NCBI GenBank assembly: GCA_031400935.1
Contig: JANNQV010000028.1
Coordinates: 62,001-126,000, forward strand
Reading direction: 5' to 3'
Source: Armatimonadota bacterium
GTDB lineage: Bacteria; Armatimonadota; Fimbriimonadia; Fimbriimonadales; Fimbriimonadaceae
Length of the DNA: 64,000 nucleotides
Below are positions 39,527 through 49,597 of the stretch, piece after piece. Position 1 is the first letter of the stretch, and each line of letters starts with the position of its first letter. Below the pieces are notes generated by a model. The model was not told the DNA's origin. It did not search any database and was given only the letters and a program-made list of their open reading frames with translations. Position numbers and translations under genes: made by a program.

Positions 39527-40555
39527 CTACGCGACTCGAACTATCCCATAACCGTAAAAATTCTCTCGAACCGATCCCGAATCGGATTCAATCGTCGCGG
39601 TAGCTGGATAGGTAAGCTCCAAGACCCCAGGCTGTGATTGATCCCTGATTTGCTCGAAATCTCCCCACTGCCGAATCGGCTTTGCCCCCAACGCACAAAG
39701 CGCTTCAACGGCAAGTTCGTTTGATTGTCTTGAAATTGCGACGCGACAAAGACGACGGCGCAACGCATCTGTGCAGCCTGCCCATGTACCGCCTTCTCGA
39801 AACCGTGAATGAGCCACAATCGCCCACTCCGACCATGCATAAAGAAGTGTGTTTCTTTCCATCGCTTGGGCAGGTGTAAAAGGTGCATCGGGCTCACAAA
39901 CGCTCAATACAGCCGAATTTCGTTGAGCCGACTGGTTGACCCCGCAAGGCAAAATCGAAACCGCTGCCGACGGAAGTATCCCGCCAGATTTCAACGCCCC
40001 CTGAATCGCAGCCTTATCGCAGCCGATGGCACCTCCTGAGACGACAAGATGACCTGATTCAGCCGCTGCAGAACCCACATTTCTTGCCCAAGATTCTACT
40101 CCGCGGCTGACTTGCCGAGTCCCAACAATCGTGATACCGGAACCTGAACGCCAAGAGTTGCCGTTCCACCATACTGCCGGAGGGGCTGAACTACCCAGCC
40201 TTTCTAGCCAGCGTGCGGGATAGCACGAATCTACCGGAGTCAAAATCCGAAGTCGTGCATGAAAATCTTCGGCTTTGGAAATCAGTTTCGAATCTGCCAA
40301 AAGCAGCCCTTCCAAGTCAAATCCATGCCGACGAAGAGCTTTAGGCGCCGTGCCGAAAGTAGCGCATTCGAGGCGCAGTTTCGACAAAATTTTGTGCCAA
40401 CTGGGTCGTTTTGGCTCAGCAAATCGGCTCAACCCCCGCAGATAAAGGGCTGCCAGCAGTACAGAATGCTGTCTTTCGAGTTCGAAATCGGAAACAAAGC
40501 TCAAATTTGCCGCCATCTTGCATATTATGACGGCGTTCCATTTCGCTTTGGACAC
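39527..40555 (-). CDS. dprA: DNA-processing protein DprA/Smf (divergent)
   Basis: DSCYP..L...APP, IVGTR, VVSGGAIGCD, MERN, GGTW; start may be 40516. Confidence 0.8.
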   Translation of the reverse strand: MSKAKWNAVIICKMAANLSFVSDFELERQHSVLLAALYLRGLSRFAEPKRPSWHKILSKLRLECATFGTAPKALRRHGFDLEGLLLADSKLISKAEDFHARLRILTPVDSCYPARWLERLGSSAPPAVWWNGNSWRSGSGITIVGTRQVSRGVESWARNVGSAAAESGHLVVSGGAIGCDKAAIQGALKSGGILPSAAVSILPCGVNQSAQRNSAVLSVCEPDAPFTPAQAMERNTLLYAWSEWAIVAHSRFREGGTWAGCTDALRRRLCRVAISRQSNELAVEALCALGAKPIRQWGDFEQIRDQSQPGVLELTYPATATIESDSGSVRENFYGYGIVRVA

Positions 40556-40617
40556 TTCGCCCTAGAAAACTACCAGGTCATGAAACGCCTTCAGGAGTGT
40601 AAACTCCCCAACGCCAA

Positions 40618-43600
40618 ATGTTAAAGCACACTGATTTGACCCGAAAGCGAATTGAACAGTTCGTGAAGTACGAATTAGAAGAAAAACTTGTCATTGATTC
40701 GGAATTATTGGAAATTTGGCATTGCGATCAGCCGTACACAAGCCAGACTGAAGCTGAAGCTGGCAAGTGGACCAAAGTCGAACCCGGTTTCAAATTTGGA
40801 CCCGCTTATTCGACGTCCTGGTTTCGAGTCAAAGGCGTGGTTCCGGTGAGATTTAAGGGACTTTCCATTGGATTGATGGCGGAAGTCGGCGGAGAACGCA
40901 CGATTTGGCGGAACAACTCTCCTTGGATTGGGGTGGACGTCGAACATGAAGTTGTCCCCCTGTGGACATGGGGATTTCAAGGCGTCGTTCCAATCGAAGT
41001 CAAGCCAAACGACAACATTGATTTTTGGATTCAAAGTTATTGCCGGAACCCGCAGGTTTCGGTGCATCGAGAAGGTGCTCCAAGAGAGGAGCTTGTTGAA
41101 ACTGTAAAATTCGCCAAACTCGTCTGCATTGATTTGGAACGCAAAGAACTCGCGTTTGACGCCTCGTTTTCGTTGAGCCTGTTGACTTCACTTCTCGAGA
41201 CTGATCCGTCGTATCACACGATCCTTCGCGCCTTGAACCGAATCTGCAACACATTTAGCGAAGAAAATCGCGAGACGATTCCTCAATGCCGAAAAATACT
41301 TAGAGATGCTCTCAACAGCATCAATAGCGAGGCAAAGCACACCGTGTTTCCGGTTGGTCACGCCCACCTGGACACCGCTTGGCTTTGGCCGTTGGAGATC
41401 ACGCGAAAAAAGATGGCGCATACAACAGCCAATCAGCTCCGGCTGATGGAGCGTTATCCGGAATACGTGTTCGTCCACAGCCAGGCCTCGCAGTACGAAT
41501 GGCTCGAAACCGAATATCCCAAACTTTTTGAAGAAGTGAAGGCAGCCATCAAGCGCGGCCAATGGGAGCCTGTGGGTTCAATGTGGGTCGAGGCGGATTG
41601 CAACCTCACCGGAGGCGAATCGTTGATTCGACAGTTCCTCTACGGCCGAAAGTATTTCAGAGACAAATTTGATTTCGAAACTCAAGACATGTGGCTACCC
41701 GACGTTTTTGGCTATGCTGCGGCGCTCCCTCAAATCCTCAAGAAGTTCAATATCAAGTACTTCCTAACTCAGAAGATCAGCTGGAATCAGTTCAACAAAT
41801 TCCCCCACAACACGTTTTGGTGGCAAGGAATAGATGGCACTAAAGTCTGGTCGCACTTCCCCCCTTCAGACACTTACATCGGCGATTGCACGCCGAAACA
41901 GATCATGGAATCCGTGCAAAAGCACAAGGATCATGGCCGGTCAGACTCGTCGTTATATGTGTTTGGGTGGGGTGATGGCGGCGGCGGACCGACAGAAAAG
42001 CACTTGGAGTACTTGCGCAGAGCGCAAGCTGCGCCTATTCTTCCTGACATTCAATTTGGCAAGCGAGCCGTTGACTTTTTCAAGGACGCAAAAGCCAAGA
42101 GCCGCGATTTGCCTGTTTGGGTCGGCGAACTCTATTTAGAACTTCACAGAGGAACCTACACAAGCCAAGCTGCATGCAAAAAGGGAAATCGAGTGAGCGA
42201 GTTCTTGCTCCGCGATGCAGAATGGCTTGCTTGCTTTGCTCCCAACTTGCCGTACCCTGCCGAGGAACTTGAAAGTGCTTGGAAACTGACTCTGTTAAAC
42301 CAATTCCATGATATTATTCCAGGCTCATCGGTACGTGAAGTTTACGAGGACAGTGACAAAGACTACGCTCATATTTCAGAAATTGGAAACAAGGTTATTA
42401 CTGCGAGTTTGAAGGCAATAGGTGACCGCCTTGACACCCAAAATATGACGAATCCTCACGCAGTTTTTCAGAATTCGATTGTGGTTACCCAGGCCGAGAT
42501 TCCTTGGCAATCCAAAAGCATTCCGAATTCTTTAACTACCGATGATGAGAGTTATCCAGTTCAATTCATCGAGGAGTTTGGTGAGAAGAAGCTCATTTTT
42601 CAGACGCCTCATTCCGCACTTAGCACAGTGAGCGTAGTGGACTTTTCTGACACTTTGCCAACTGCACGATACCGCTTGCGAGCCGGGAATCGAAAGATTG
42701 AAAATGGTGAACTTTCGGTTCGATTTGATTCAAATGGCAACATCACTTCAATTCAAAGTCTTGACGATGGCTCTGAATTTGTTCAGCCTGGTGCTTTAGC
42801 AAACATGTTTCAGCTTTTCGACGACAAACCGCTCTTTTGGACAGCCTGGGATGTTGATCTGTATTCGTTTGAAACAGCGAAAGACCTGTTGCGATGCGAG
42901 TCCTTTGAAATTGTGGAGCGCGGGCCTGTTCGAGTAGCCGTCGAAGTTGTTCGGAGTTTTTCGAAGAGCAAAATTTGTCAGCGAATCAGCCTCGGACCAA
43001 CGCCAGGAATTCGATTCGACACGGAGATTGATTGGCACGAAGAAGACAAAATGCTCAAAGTGGCATTTCCACTTAACCTGAATGCGGCAAAGGCAACTTA
43101 TGAGATTCAGTTCGGCCATGTGGAACGGCCAACCCATTCCAACACGAGTTGGGACATGGCGAGGTTTGAAGTTCCGGCTCAAAAATGGGTGGACCTTAGT
43201 GAGGGCGATCACGGGGTCGCATTGCTAAATGACTGCAAATATGGATACGACTGTCGTGGCAATGTGCTTCGGATGAGCCTCCTGCGATCTCCAAAAGCTC
43301 CGGATCCATTGTGCGATATGGGTATTCACAGATTTACCTATGTGCTCCTGCCTCATTTTGGGCCACTGAATCAAGCTGGAATCGTTCATTCTGCTTATGC
43401 GCTTAACGCGCCATTGAGACATTTTGCACTTGAACCCGCATCTGGAGCCCGAGAGGCTCTGCCTCCCTTTATCGTTTGCGATGACAGGAATTTGGTGATC
43501 GAATCCGTCAAACGTGCAGAAGACGGCGACGGAATTATAGTTCGACTATATGAATGTCATAACGCCAGAGGGCAAGCAGAAATTGTCACGGCATTTGAGC

Positions 43601-43722
43601 CAGCACAGGTTACAATGTGCGATTTAGAAGAAAACGAGCATGACGATCTGGAAATCGTAGATGGTGCTGTACCCATTCGCTATGCACCATTTGAAATCAT
43701 AACTTTGAAGTTTCGGTTCTAG
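40618..43722 (+). CDS. Alpha-mannosidase, GH38
   Basis: GHAHLDTAWLWP, WLPDVFGY, ELYLELHRGTYTS, NQFHDIIPGSS. Confidence 0.95.
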   Translation: MLKHTDLTRKRIEQFVKYELEEKLVIDSELLEIWHCDQPYTSQTEAEAGKWTKVEPGFKFGPAYSTSWFRVKGVVPVRFKGLSIGLMAEVGGERTIWRNNSPWIGVDVEHEVVPLWTWGFQGVVPIEVKPNDNIDFWIQSYCRNPQVSVHREGAPREELVETVKFAKLVCIDLERKELAFDASFSLSLLTSLLETDPSYHTILRALNRICNTFSEENRETIPQCRKILRDALNSINSEAKHTVFPVGHAHLDTAWLWPLEITRKKMAHTTANQLRLMERYPEYVFVHSQASQYEWLETEYPKLFEEVKAAIKRGQWEPVGSMWVEADCNLTGGESLIRQFLYGRKYFRDKFDFETQDMWLPDVFGYAAALPQILKKFNIKYFLTQKISWNQFNKFPHNTFWWQGIDGTKVWSHFPPSDTYIGDCTPKQIMESVQKHKDHGRSDSSLYVFGWGDGGGGPTEKHLEYLRRAQAAPILPDIQFGKRAVDFFKDAKAKSRDLPVWVGELYLELHRGTYTSQAACKKGNRVSEFLLRDAEWLACFAPNLPYPAEELESAWKLTLLNQFHDIIPGSSVREVYEDSDKDYAHISEIGNKVITASLKAIGDRLDTQNMTNPHAVFQNSIVVTQAEIPWQSKSIPNSLTTDDESYPVQFIEEFGEKKLIFQTPHSALSTVSVVDFSDTLPTARYRLRAGNRKIENGELSVRFDSNGNITSIQSLDDGSEFVQPGALANMFQLFDDKPLFWTAWDVDLYSFETAKDLLRCESFEIVERGPVRVAVEVVRSFSKSKICQRISLGPTPGIRFDTEIDWHEEDKMLKVAFPLNLNAAKATYEIQFGHVERPTHSNTSWDMARFEVPAQKWVDLSEGDHGVALLNDCKYGYDCRGNVLRMSLLRSPKAPDPLCDMGIHRFTYVLLPHFGPLNQAGIVHSAYALNAPLRHFALEPASGAREALPPFIVCDDRNLVIESVKRAEDGDGIIVRLYECHNARGQAEIVTAFEPAQVTMCDLEENEHDDLEIVDGAVPIRYAPFEIITLKFRF

Positions 43723-43738
43723 AAACGGTAGCAGCCAA

Positions 43739-44410
43739 TTAGTGCACAAACTTATAGCCGACGCCGCGCACGGTAATAATTCTCTCTGGCGTACTGGGAG
43801 CAGGTTCGATTCGCATCCGAAGCCATCGAACATGAACGTCAATTGTTCGTGTAGTAACAAATGCATCCTTGCCCCAAACTCGGTCGAGCAAAATATCACG
43901 ATCGAACACTTGACCCGGATTTCGAGCCAGAAAATAGAGTAGAGCAAATTCTTTTGGCGACAGTTCAATGATTTTTCCGTCTAGCGTTACTTCATGGCTC
44001 CGCGGATCTACTTTCAAATCTCCTGTCTCGACGATTTCAAGGGGTGCTTCACCTGTCGCACGGCGCAAAACCGCTTTCACCCTTGCGGCCAATTCAACTA
44101 GGTTGAAAGGCTTTGTCACATAGTCATCGGCACCCATATCGAGGCCCTTGATTCGATCTTGATCGTCCGATCTAGCACTTACAAAGATAATTGGAGTTGA
44201 AGATTCTTTGCGAACTGCGTTACAAAATTCGTACCCGCTTCGTTGCGGAAGCATAATGTCGAGCAAGACAAGATCAGGCTTGACCCGGCGAAACAGCCGC
44301 ATTCCTTCTTCCGCCGTTTCGGCAGTAAAAGTTGTGTAGCCTTCGCGGCGCATTTTGTTCTCTACTGTTTCCAGCAGAGTGGGTTCGTCATCAACGATCA
44401 GTAGTTTCAA
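43739..44410 (-). CDS. OmpR/PhoB family response regulator
   Basis: LIVDDE, LLDIMLP, GADDYVTKPF, RTIDVHVRWLR, TVRGVGY; TTG start after an AAGGAAGG SD. Confidence 0.95.
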   Translation of the reverse strand: MKLLIVDDEPTLLETVENKMRREGYTTFTAETAEEGMRLFRRVKPDLVLLDIMLPQRSGYEFCNAVRKESSTPIIFVSARSDDQDRIKGLDMGADDYVTKPFNLVELAARVKAVLRRATGEAPLEIVETGDLKVDPRSHEVTLDGKIIELSPKEFALLYFLARNPGQVFDRDILLDRVWGKDAFVTTRTIDVHVRWLRMRIEPAPSTPERIITVRGVGYKFVH

Positions 44411-44477
44411 GCTTTTCCAACCTTCCTTTTTCTTCGGCAATCGAACCGAAAACTAACCTCGGCTGGAGAGCAATATG

Positions 44478-45608
44478 CTACTTTCCAGCCGTCATGATTT
44501 CAACATTTGCTCTCGGGACCGTAACCTCAGCCCCATCTAGCAACTTTGCTTTCAAAACACGAACCTCCGTCCCGGATTCCAGCACGACTAACTGCGCTGG
44601 CAATGCGGTGACGGTTCCCAAATCCCCAAAGTACGGCTCTCGAATCATCCGAATCGTGGTACCTACTGTTAACTCGGCTCCAGATTGCTGAACTGGCGCA
44701 TCTCCTTTCGTATCGGAGATTGTCACGACCAGTTCGGGCCGAATTACACCTGCCCGAATCTGAGTTGCGCCATTGATACTTGCCGTTTTGCCTTCTAGCG
44801 TTTGAAGTAAATCGAACGTTCGCTGAGCCATGTTTAGGTATCCAAAACCTTCGGTCACCAGTAATGAAAGCGGAATGTTCTCGGTTCCAGTGATGGCGAC
44901 GCCTATTTCGTAGCCCAAATACTGAGAAAGATCAGCATCGCGGACACCTCCGGCAATTATTCCGATCACTCCCAAACGCCCTGCCTTCTCGAGCGCATCA
45001 TAAGTGAATCCCGCACCACAAACCAGTATCTTCCCTGCATCGGATTCATGGATTTCGTCGGCCTTGAGAATATGGTCAGGGCCATGAGCTTTCATCGTCA
45101 CGATGCCCGTTCGTTCCCCTCCGACACCAAAAATGCCTTGAACCATGGCACCACGAGTCTCAACAATTGCACCTTCATTTGGCAATACTTCAATGATTTT
45201 GCCCTTGAGGTATGCAGTAATTTCAACTGGAATTGAAGGTTCGCGGATCAACATGCTACCCGTCACTTCTGAGATGGACTCGACAGTACCTGTATGTTCA
45301 CTTGCAGCCGTCGGCGCCGCAAAGAGCCCAAACATCTTTTTTCCTTGGGCTACTATCTGCCCCTTTTCAACTGCGTCGCCGGGTTTGACGATGACAAAAG
45401 TTACCGCGTCTTTAGGCTCAACTCCAAATTTGTCTGCGAGTTTGACAGTCTGCAAAACTCCTGGCAGCAATGCCCTGGCAAGGACTGTTGAAGGCTCGAC
45501 ATCGGCCCCAACTTGAACAACGACATCGCCCTTGATCGGCAAACGACGCGTTCGCCGCACAATGATGTCGCCGCTAACAGTTAATCCAGGTGTATATGCA
45601 CTTCCCAA
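44478..45608 (-). CDS. Conserved hypothetical protein with barrel-sandwich-like repeats and a C-terminal KOW-like motif
   Basis: SD GGAGG, TTG start; VQVGADV, VKPGDAVEKGQIVA, GTTIRMIREPYFG. Confidence 0.8.
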   Translation of the reverse strand: MGSAYTPGLTVSGDIIVRRTRRLPIKGDVVVQVGADVEPSTVLARALLPGVLQTVKLADKFGVEPKDAVTFVIVKPGDAVEKGQIVAQGKKMFGLFAAPTAASEHTGTVESISEVTGSMLIREPSIPVEITAYLKGKIIEVLPNEGAIVETRGAMVQGIFGVGGERTGIVTMKAHGPDHILKADEIHESDAGKILVCGAGFTYDALEKAGRLGVIGIIAGGVRDADLSQYLGYEIGVAITGTENIPLSLLVTEGFGYLNMAQRTFDLLQTLEGKTASINGATQIRAGVIRPELVVTISDTKGDAPVQQSGAELTVGTTIRMIREPYFGDLGTVTALPAQLVVLESGTEVRVLKAKLLDGAEVTVPRANVEIMTAGK

Positions 45609-45742
45609 TGTTTCAAATCCTCCGGTACCCTGGCAAAGCCAAGTAGCGGGAGTTTACTCGGAGGCTCAGAATCATCGCATTTGAACCGAATTCTATCTTG
45701 GCGACTCAATGTTAGGCAATTGTTAAGGAATTCGATTCATGG

Positions 45743-45856
45743 GGGATGCTGGGATTTTTGATTTTGGATTTTGGATTTTGGATTTTGGATTTTTTGGATT
45801 GCGGGATGCTTGATGCGGGAAACTGCTAACTGCCATCCGCTAACAACTTGCCAACT
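45743..45856. repeat. Chimeric element (GGATTTT)n/(GGATGCK) ... (AACTGCY/AACTTGC)
   Basis: About six GGATTTT-type copies 45752-45800; non-matching C/A arm 45821-45856 abutting the MOSC stop. Confidence 0.88.
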
Positions 45857-46664
45857 ACTTGGAAACAACCCGGAGCGGATCACCTATCCGAATCTCTCCC
45901 TCACCGTTTGGAATCAGATTTTGCCCAAAAATGACCTTCTTTTCGAAATTTCTGAACTTGGCAAGCGTCACCAAAGGCTCTTCGCCATGCTTCATTCCGG
46001 TCATCTGATCTTGTGTTGTAACGCGGCACCTTGCACAAGGTTTGGCGACTCTAAAGGAAACGTCCCCGATCTGAACTATCGTCCAACTGTCTTCATCCCA
46101 TGCCTTAAAGCCTTCAACAACGATGTTTGGCCTGAACCGATTCATAGGGAGCGGATTTCCCATCCTACGATTTAGGTCTTCAAGGGACGATTGATTCGCT
46201 ATCAAGATTGGAAAACCGTCCGCAAAGCTGACGAACTCGCCCGAATTTGCGAAATCTGGGTCAATTTGTCGCTTCGATTGCGCGGTCAGTTTCACTAGCC
46301 TACAAGGAGTGGCAAGAGCCTGAGTCAGCCACATCGAAGCATCATCACCCATATCTTGAGCCTCGATATGGTCCTTCCAGATCGTAACTTTGCAGTTAGT
46401 CGCAAACGATTCGTTTTGAACTGAAATTTGTCCCTTGCCCTCGCTTCGGAGAGTCATTCCACTTTCATCAATCAGCGCCCGAATCGTTGCCAGCCTTGGC
46501 AAGTTTCTTTGCGTGATAAACACGTTCTCCATATCTACAACCAGATATCTCCGGTCAAACTCGAGTCCAAGATTCGTGATTTTTGAAGATTCAAGATCAA
46601 TCCCTCGCATGGATTTGACCGGATAGATTGAAAGGCTGCTTACTTTTCCAAGCGATGTTGACAT
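45855..46664 (-). CDS. MOSC domain protein (YcbX-like)
   Basis: IYPVKS, FDRR, SFADGFP, RFRPNIVV, PCARC. Confidence 0.93.
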   Translation of the reverse strand: MSTSLGKVSSLSIYPVKSMRGIDLESSKITNLGLEFDRRYLVVDMENVFITQRNLPRLATIRALIDESGMTLRSEGKGQISVQNESFATNCKVTIWKDHIEAQDMGDDASMWLTQALATPCRLVKLTAQSKRQIDPDFANSGEFVSFADGFPILIANQSSLEDLNRRMGNPLPMNRFRPNIVVEGFKAWDEDSWTIVQIGDVSFRVAKPCARCRVTTQDQMTGMKHGEEPLVTLAKFRNFEKKVIFGQNLIPNGEGEIRIGDPLRVVSK

Positions 46665-47653
46665 TAGAGGTCCCGATCCGAACTGTGCCCTGGAAACAGC
46701 TTAGCTTGCGGGTCGAGCCTTTGCTTTGCAACGCATACGGCTGTTACAGCCTCACCAACTCCATTTGCAATTAATTTGAGCTTGCCAGGGAAACCTGCAA
46801 CGTCACCGACCGCGAACACGCCCGGAATTGACGTCTCCATCGTCGTCGGATTCACTTGAACTTGGTTCTTTTCAATTTCGATACTCCAATTCTTGATTGG
46901 GCCGAGCGAACTTTTGAAGCCGACATTTACAATCAAGGCATCAACTTCCAACCTCTCGATTGCCTTTGATTCAACATTTTCAAGCGAAATCGCCTCTAAT
47001 CTTTCCGTTCCGTGTAACTCCTTAACGACGTTCCACAATTGCATTTTCACCGACGACTCTTTGACTTTTCGAACCGAATCTTCGTGGGCTCGAAATTGGT
47101 CGCGGCGATGGATGAGGGCAATGGATTCAGCTATTGGCTCCAGCGCCATGCACCAATCAAACGCGCTGTCTCCTCCGCCAACGATTCCGATTCGCTTTCC
47201 TTTGAATTCAGAAAGGGATTTGACTCCGTAATGAATTCCTCGCCCTTCAAATTCCGCTTCTCGTTCCACGCCAATTCTGGTGGGCGAAAACGCTCCTGCT
47301 CCGGCTGCGATGATGAGTGTTCTGGTTGGCAGTTCGACACCATTTCGAGTTACGATCATCATGTTTTCGCCAATGACTTCGAGGGTCTCGACGGTCTCTT
47401 CGAGAACGATTTCAGGCGAAAACTGTGTGCCTTGTTTTACCATTTCCGATGCTAAGTCTTTTGCAAGAATTTTTGGAAAGCCCGGCATATCGTAAACATA
47501 TTTCTCAGGATAAAGCGCAACAAGTTGCCCGCCAAGCTCGCTTAAGCTATCAACGATTCGAACTGACATTCCGCGTAAGCCAGCATAAAATGCAGCGAAA
47601 AGCCCAACCGGACCTCCGCCAAGAATTGTTACGTCTACAAATTCGTGAGACAT
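46664..47653 (-). CDS. Ferredoxin-NADP+ reductase (TrxB-like, YumC type)
   Basis: GGGPVGLFAAFYAGLR, LYPEKYVYD, GGGDSA, HRR, PGHSS; no CXXC. Confidence 0.9.
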   Translation of the reverse strand: MSHEFVDVTILGGGPVGLFAAFYAGLRGMSVRIVDSLSELGGQLVALYPEKYVYDMPGFPKILAKDLASEMVKQGTQFSPEIVLEETVETLEVIGENMMIVTRNGVELPTRTLIIAAGAGAFSPTRIGVEREAEFEGRGIHYGVKSLSEFKGKRIGIVGGGDSAFDWCMALEPIAESIALIHRRDQFRAHEDSVRKVKESSVKMQLWNVVKELHGTERLEAISLENVESKAIERLEVDALIVNVGFKSSLGPIKNWSIEIEKNQVQVNPTTMETSIPGVFAVGDVAGFPGKLKLIANGVGEAVTAVCVAKQRLDPQAKLFPGHSSDRDL

Positions 47654-47729
47654 TGAATTCTGATTGTGGCAGGGTTGTCAATCGAATAGGAAATGGCGAT
47701 TCAATCATTTTATGGGGTGTACTCTTGCG

Positions 47730-48182
47730 ATGATTGGCAATGAAACGGCAAATATTACAGTCGAAGCGATCGCCTCAAGCACATTTCGCGGTTTTGAACT
47801 GCGAAAATTTGCGATGGAACAGATCGCAACTTTGCCAAATTACAATTGGTGCGGAGTTTACATACTTGATGGCAACCAGCTCGTTCTCGACGCCTACATT
47901 GGCGCGGCAACGGACCATGTTCGGATTCCTATCGGAAGGGGAGTTTGCGGCACAGCCGTTGCTGAGAACGCGAATCAGATAGTCGAAGATGTGTCCAAAT
48001 TAGAGAATTATCTTGCGTGTTCACTTACGACGAAATCAGAAATTGTGGTTTTGATTCGAGATGCTTCAGGCGAGATTCTTGGTCAGATTGATATTGACGG
48101 ACATGCAGTTGGGGCTTTTGACGAGTCGGATGAAGAGTTTTTGGAAAGTGGTGGAAAGCTGTTGGCGGAACGCTGGCTATAG
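47730..48182 (+). CDS. GAF domain protein (free methionine-R-sulfoxide reductase-like)
   Basis: NWCGVY, GRGVCGTA, YLAC, SEIVV, DID; start uncertain. Confidence 0.8.
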   Translation: MIGNETANITVEAIASSTFRGFELRKFAMEQIATLPNYNWCGVYILDGNQLVLDAYIGAATDHVRIPIGRGVCGTAVAENANQIVEDVSKLENYLACSLTTKSEIVVLIRDASGEILGQIDIDGHAVGAFDESDEEFLESGGKLLAERWL

Positions 48183-48184
48183 GT

Positions 48185-48336
48185 GCATTAGCAAGTCGTT
48201 TGCAGGTGGTTGAACGTTATTGACATCTCGGTTGTTGCGTAGCGACCTAAGAGACAAAAGAGACAAAGGGGACTGAGAAAACAATCCATTCGGTTTATCC
48301 AATCCAAACAATCCATTCAATCCATACAAACCATTC
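48185..48336. repeat. Mixed repeat region: 11-mer G/T arm, AAGAGACAA and CAATCCATT 9-mers
   Basis: gcaagtcgttt gcaggtggtt; aagagacaa x2-3; caatccaWW x4-5 before the GGTACAAT -10 box of rplK. Confidence 0.75.
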
Positions 48337-48439
48337 GAGCCTTACTCACAGACCAGGTACAATTCCATTTCGCGTTGCCGATGACGCTTCCCCCTCTTCT
48401 GGCATTCGCGATCCAAATTTACGTTTTTGAGGTTTTCTT

Positions 48440-48865
48440 ATGGCAAAAAAAGTTGCAAGCGTCATCAAATTGAATATCCCTGCCGGTAAAGGCACTCCTG
48501 CTCCTCCTGTCGGTCCTGCACTCGGACAAGCTGGCATCAACATGATGGAGTTTTTGAAAAAGTTCAACGAACAAACAGCTCCGCAAATGGGCTTCGTGAT
48601 GCCCGTTGAGATTATTGTTTACGAAGATCGGTCCTACAGCTTTGTAATCAAACAGCCTCTGGTTTCAGACTTGATTAAGCGAGCAGCCGGAATCGAAAAG
48701 GGTGCCCAAAACCCGAAAACTGAGACGGTTGGCACACTTACTCGAGAAAAATTAGCTGAAGTCGCAAAGCTTAAAATGGCTGACCTCAACACAGATGACC
48801 TAGAAATGGCGATGAGAATTGTTGCAGGTTCGGCTAGGCAGATGGGCGTCAAAGTCGCTGACTAA
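48440..48865 (+). CDS. rplK: 50S ribosomal protein L11
   Basis: PAGKGTPAPPVGPALGQAGINMMEF, GSARQMG. Confidence 0.97.
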   Translation: MAKKVASVIKLNIPAGKGTPAPPVGPALGQAGINMMEFLKKFNEQTAPQMGFVMPVEIIVYEDRSYSFVIKQPLVSDLIKRAAGIEKGAQNPKTETVGTLTREKLAEVAKLKMADLNTDDLEMAMRIVAGSARQMGVKVAD

Positions 48866-49024
48866 CTTAAAAATGGGACGTTTGGAGTCCATTTTTCGAC
48901 TTGGTTTTCAAAATCTAACCTGAGCTGAAATTCTCTACAAATTTCTCCCCTTAAGATAACGAGTTTTTGTCCTAAAATCGTAACATATCTAAACGATATC
49001 CATCTAAAATAAAGAAACCTAGAA

Positions 49025-49597
49025 ATGAAAGCGTGGAAAGCCGTTGGAACAATAGCGCTCCTAATTGGAGCTGTGCAAGGATTTGCTCAGCTTTCTGAGC
49101 CCGCTGCGCATGGACCAAGCCAAGTTGCAGCCGATTTACTTAAAGAAGCCGCTGGTTCGGATGGCGCATTTGTTGCCTCTGGTACGGTTCGATCCAACTT
49201 TCAGAAAGACGACCTTGCAACACTGATCCAATTTCCAGACGATGAAGTCGTGATTGTCCTGCTCAAAGGATCAGAATTGCGACAGGCGTTTGAGCGGTCT
49301 GTTTCGCTCTATCCCCAGGCCAACGCTAGTTTCCTTCAGGTTTCCGGATTCGAAATCGCTTTTTCTCCAGATGCTTCTGTGGGGCAAAGGATCAAATCTA
49401 TTACTGTCAATGGCAATAAGCTTGACGACTCAAAAGAGTATACAATCGCCATGCCGAGCTCTTTGGGACGCGGTGGATATGGCTATTTTCGTATCTGGGA
49501 CCGAGCAAAGATCACTAAAACCCTTGATTCGACCGTTGGGAAAGTTTTGGCTGGTAAAAAATCAGTAGAATCAAAGCCAAGATGGATCGTCCAATAA
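49025..49597 (+). CDS. Secreted stand-alone 5'-nucleotidase C-terminal domain protein
   Basis: Signal peptide; LKGSELRQAFE, FLQVSG, GQRIKSITVNG, GGYGY. Confidence 0.8.
   Translation: MKAWKAVGTIALLIGAVQGFAQLSEPAAHGPSQVAADLLKEAAGSDGAFVASGTVRSNFQKDDLATLIQFPDDEVVIVLLKGSELRQAFERSVSLYPQANASFLQVSGFEIAFSPDASVGQRIKSITVNGNKLDDSKEYTIAMPSSLGRGGYGYFRIWDRAKITKTLDSTVGKVLAGKKSVESKPRWIVQ

Noticed and set aside
39007..39603. 198-aa ORF across the cassette array as a transposase or other mobile-element gene
   Set aside because: No recognisable motif; it simply translates the repeats and overlaps tdh and dprA antisense.
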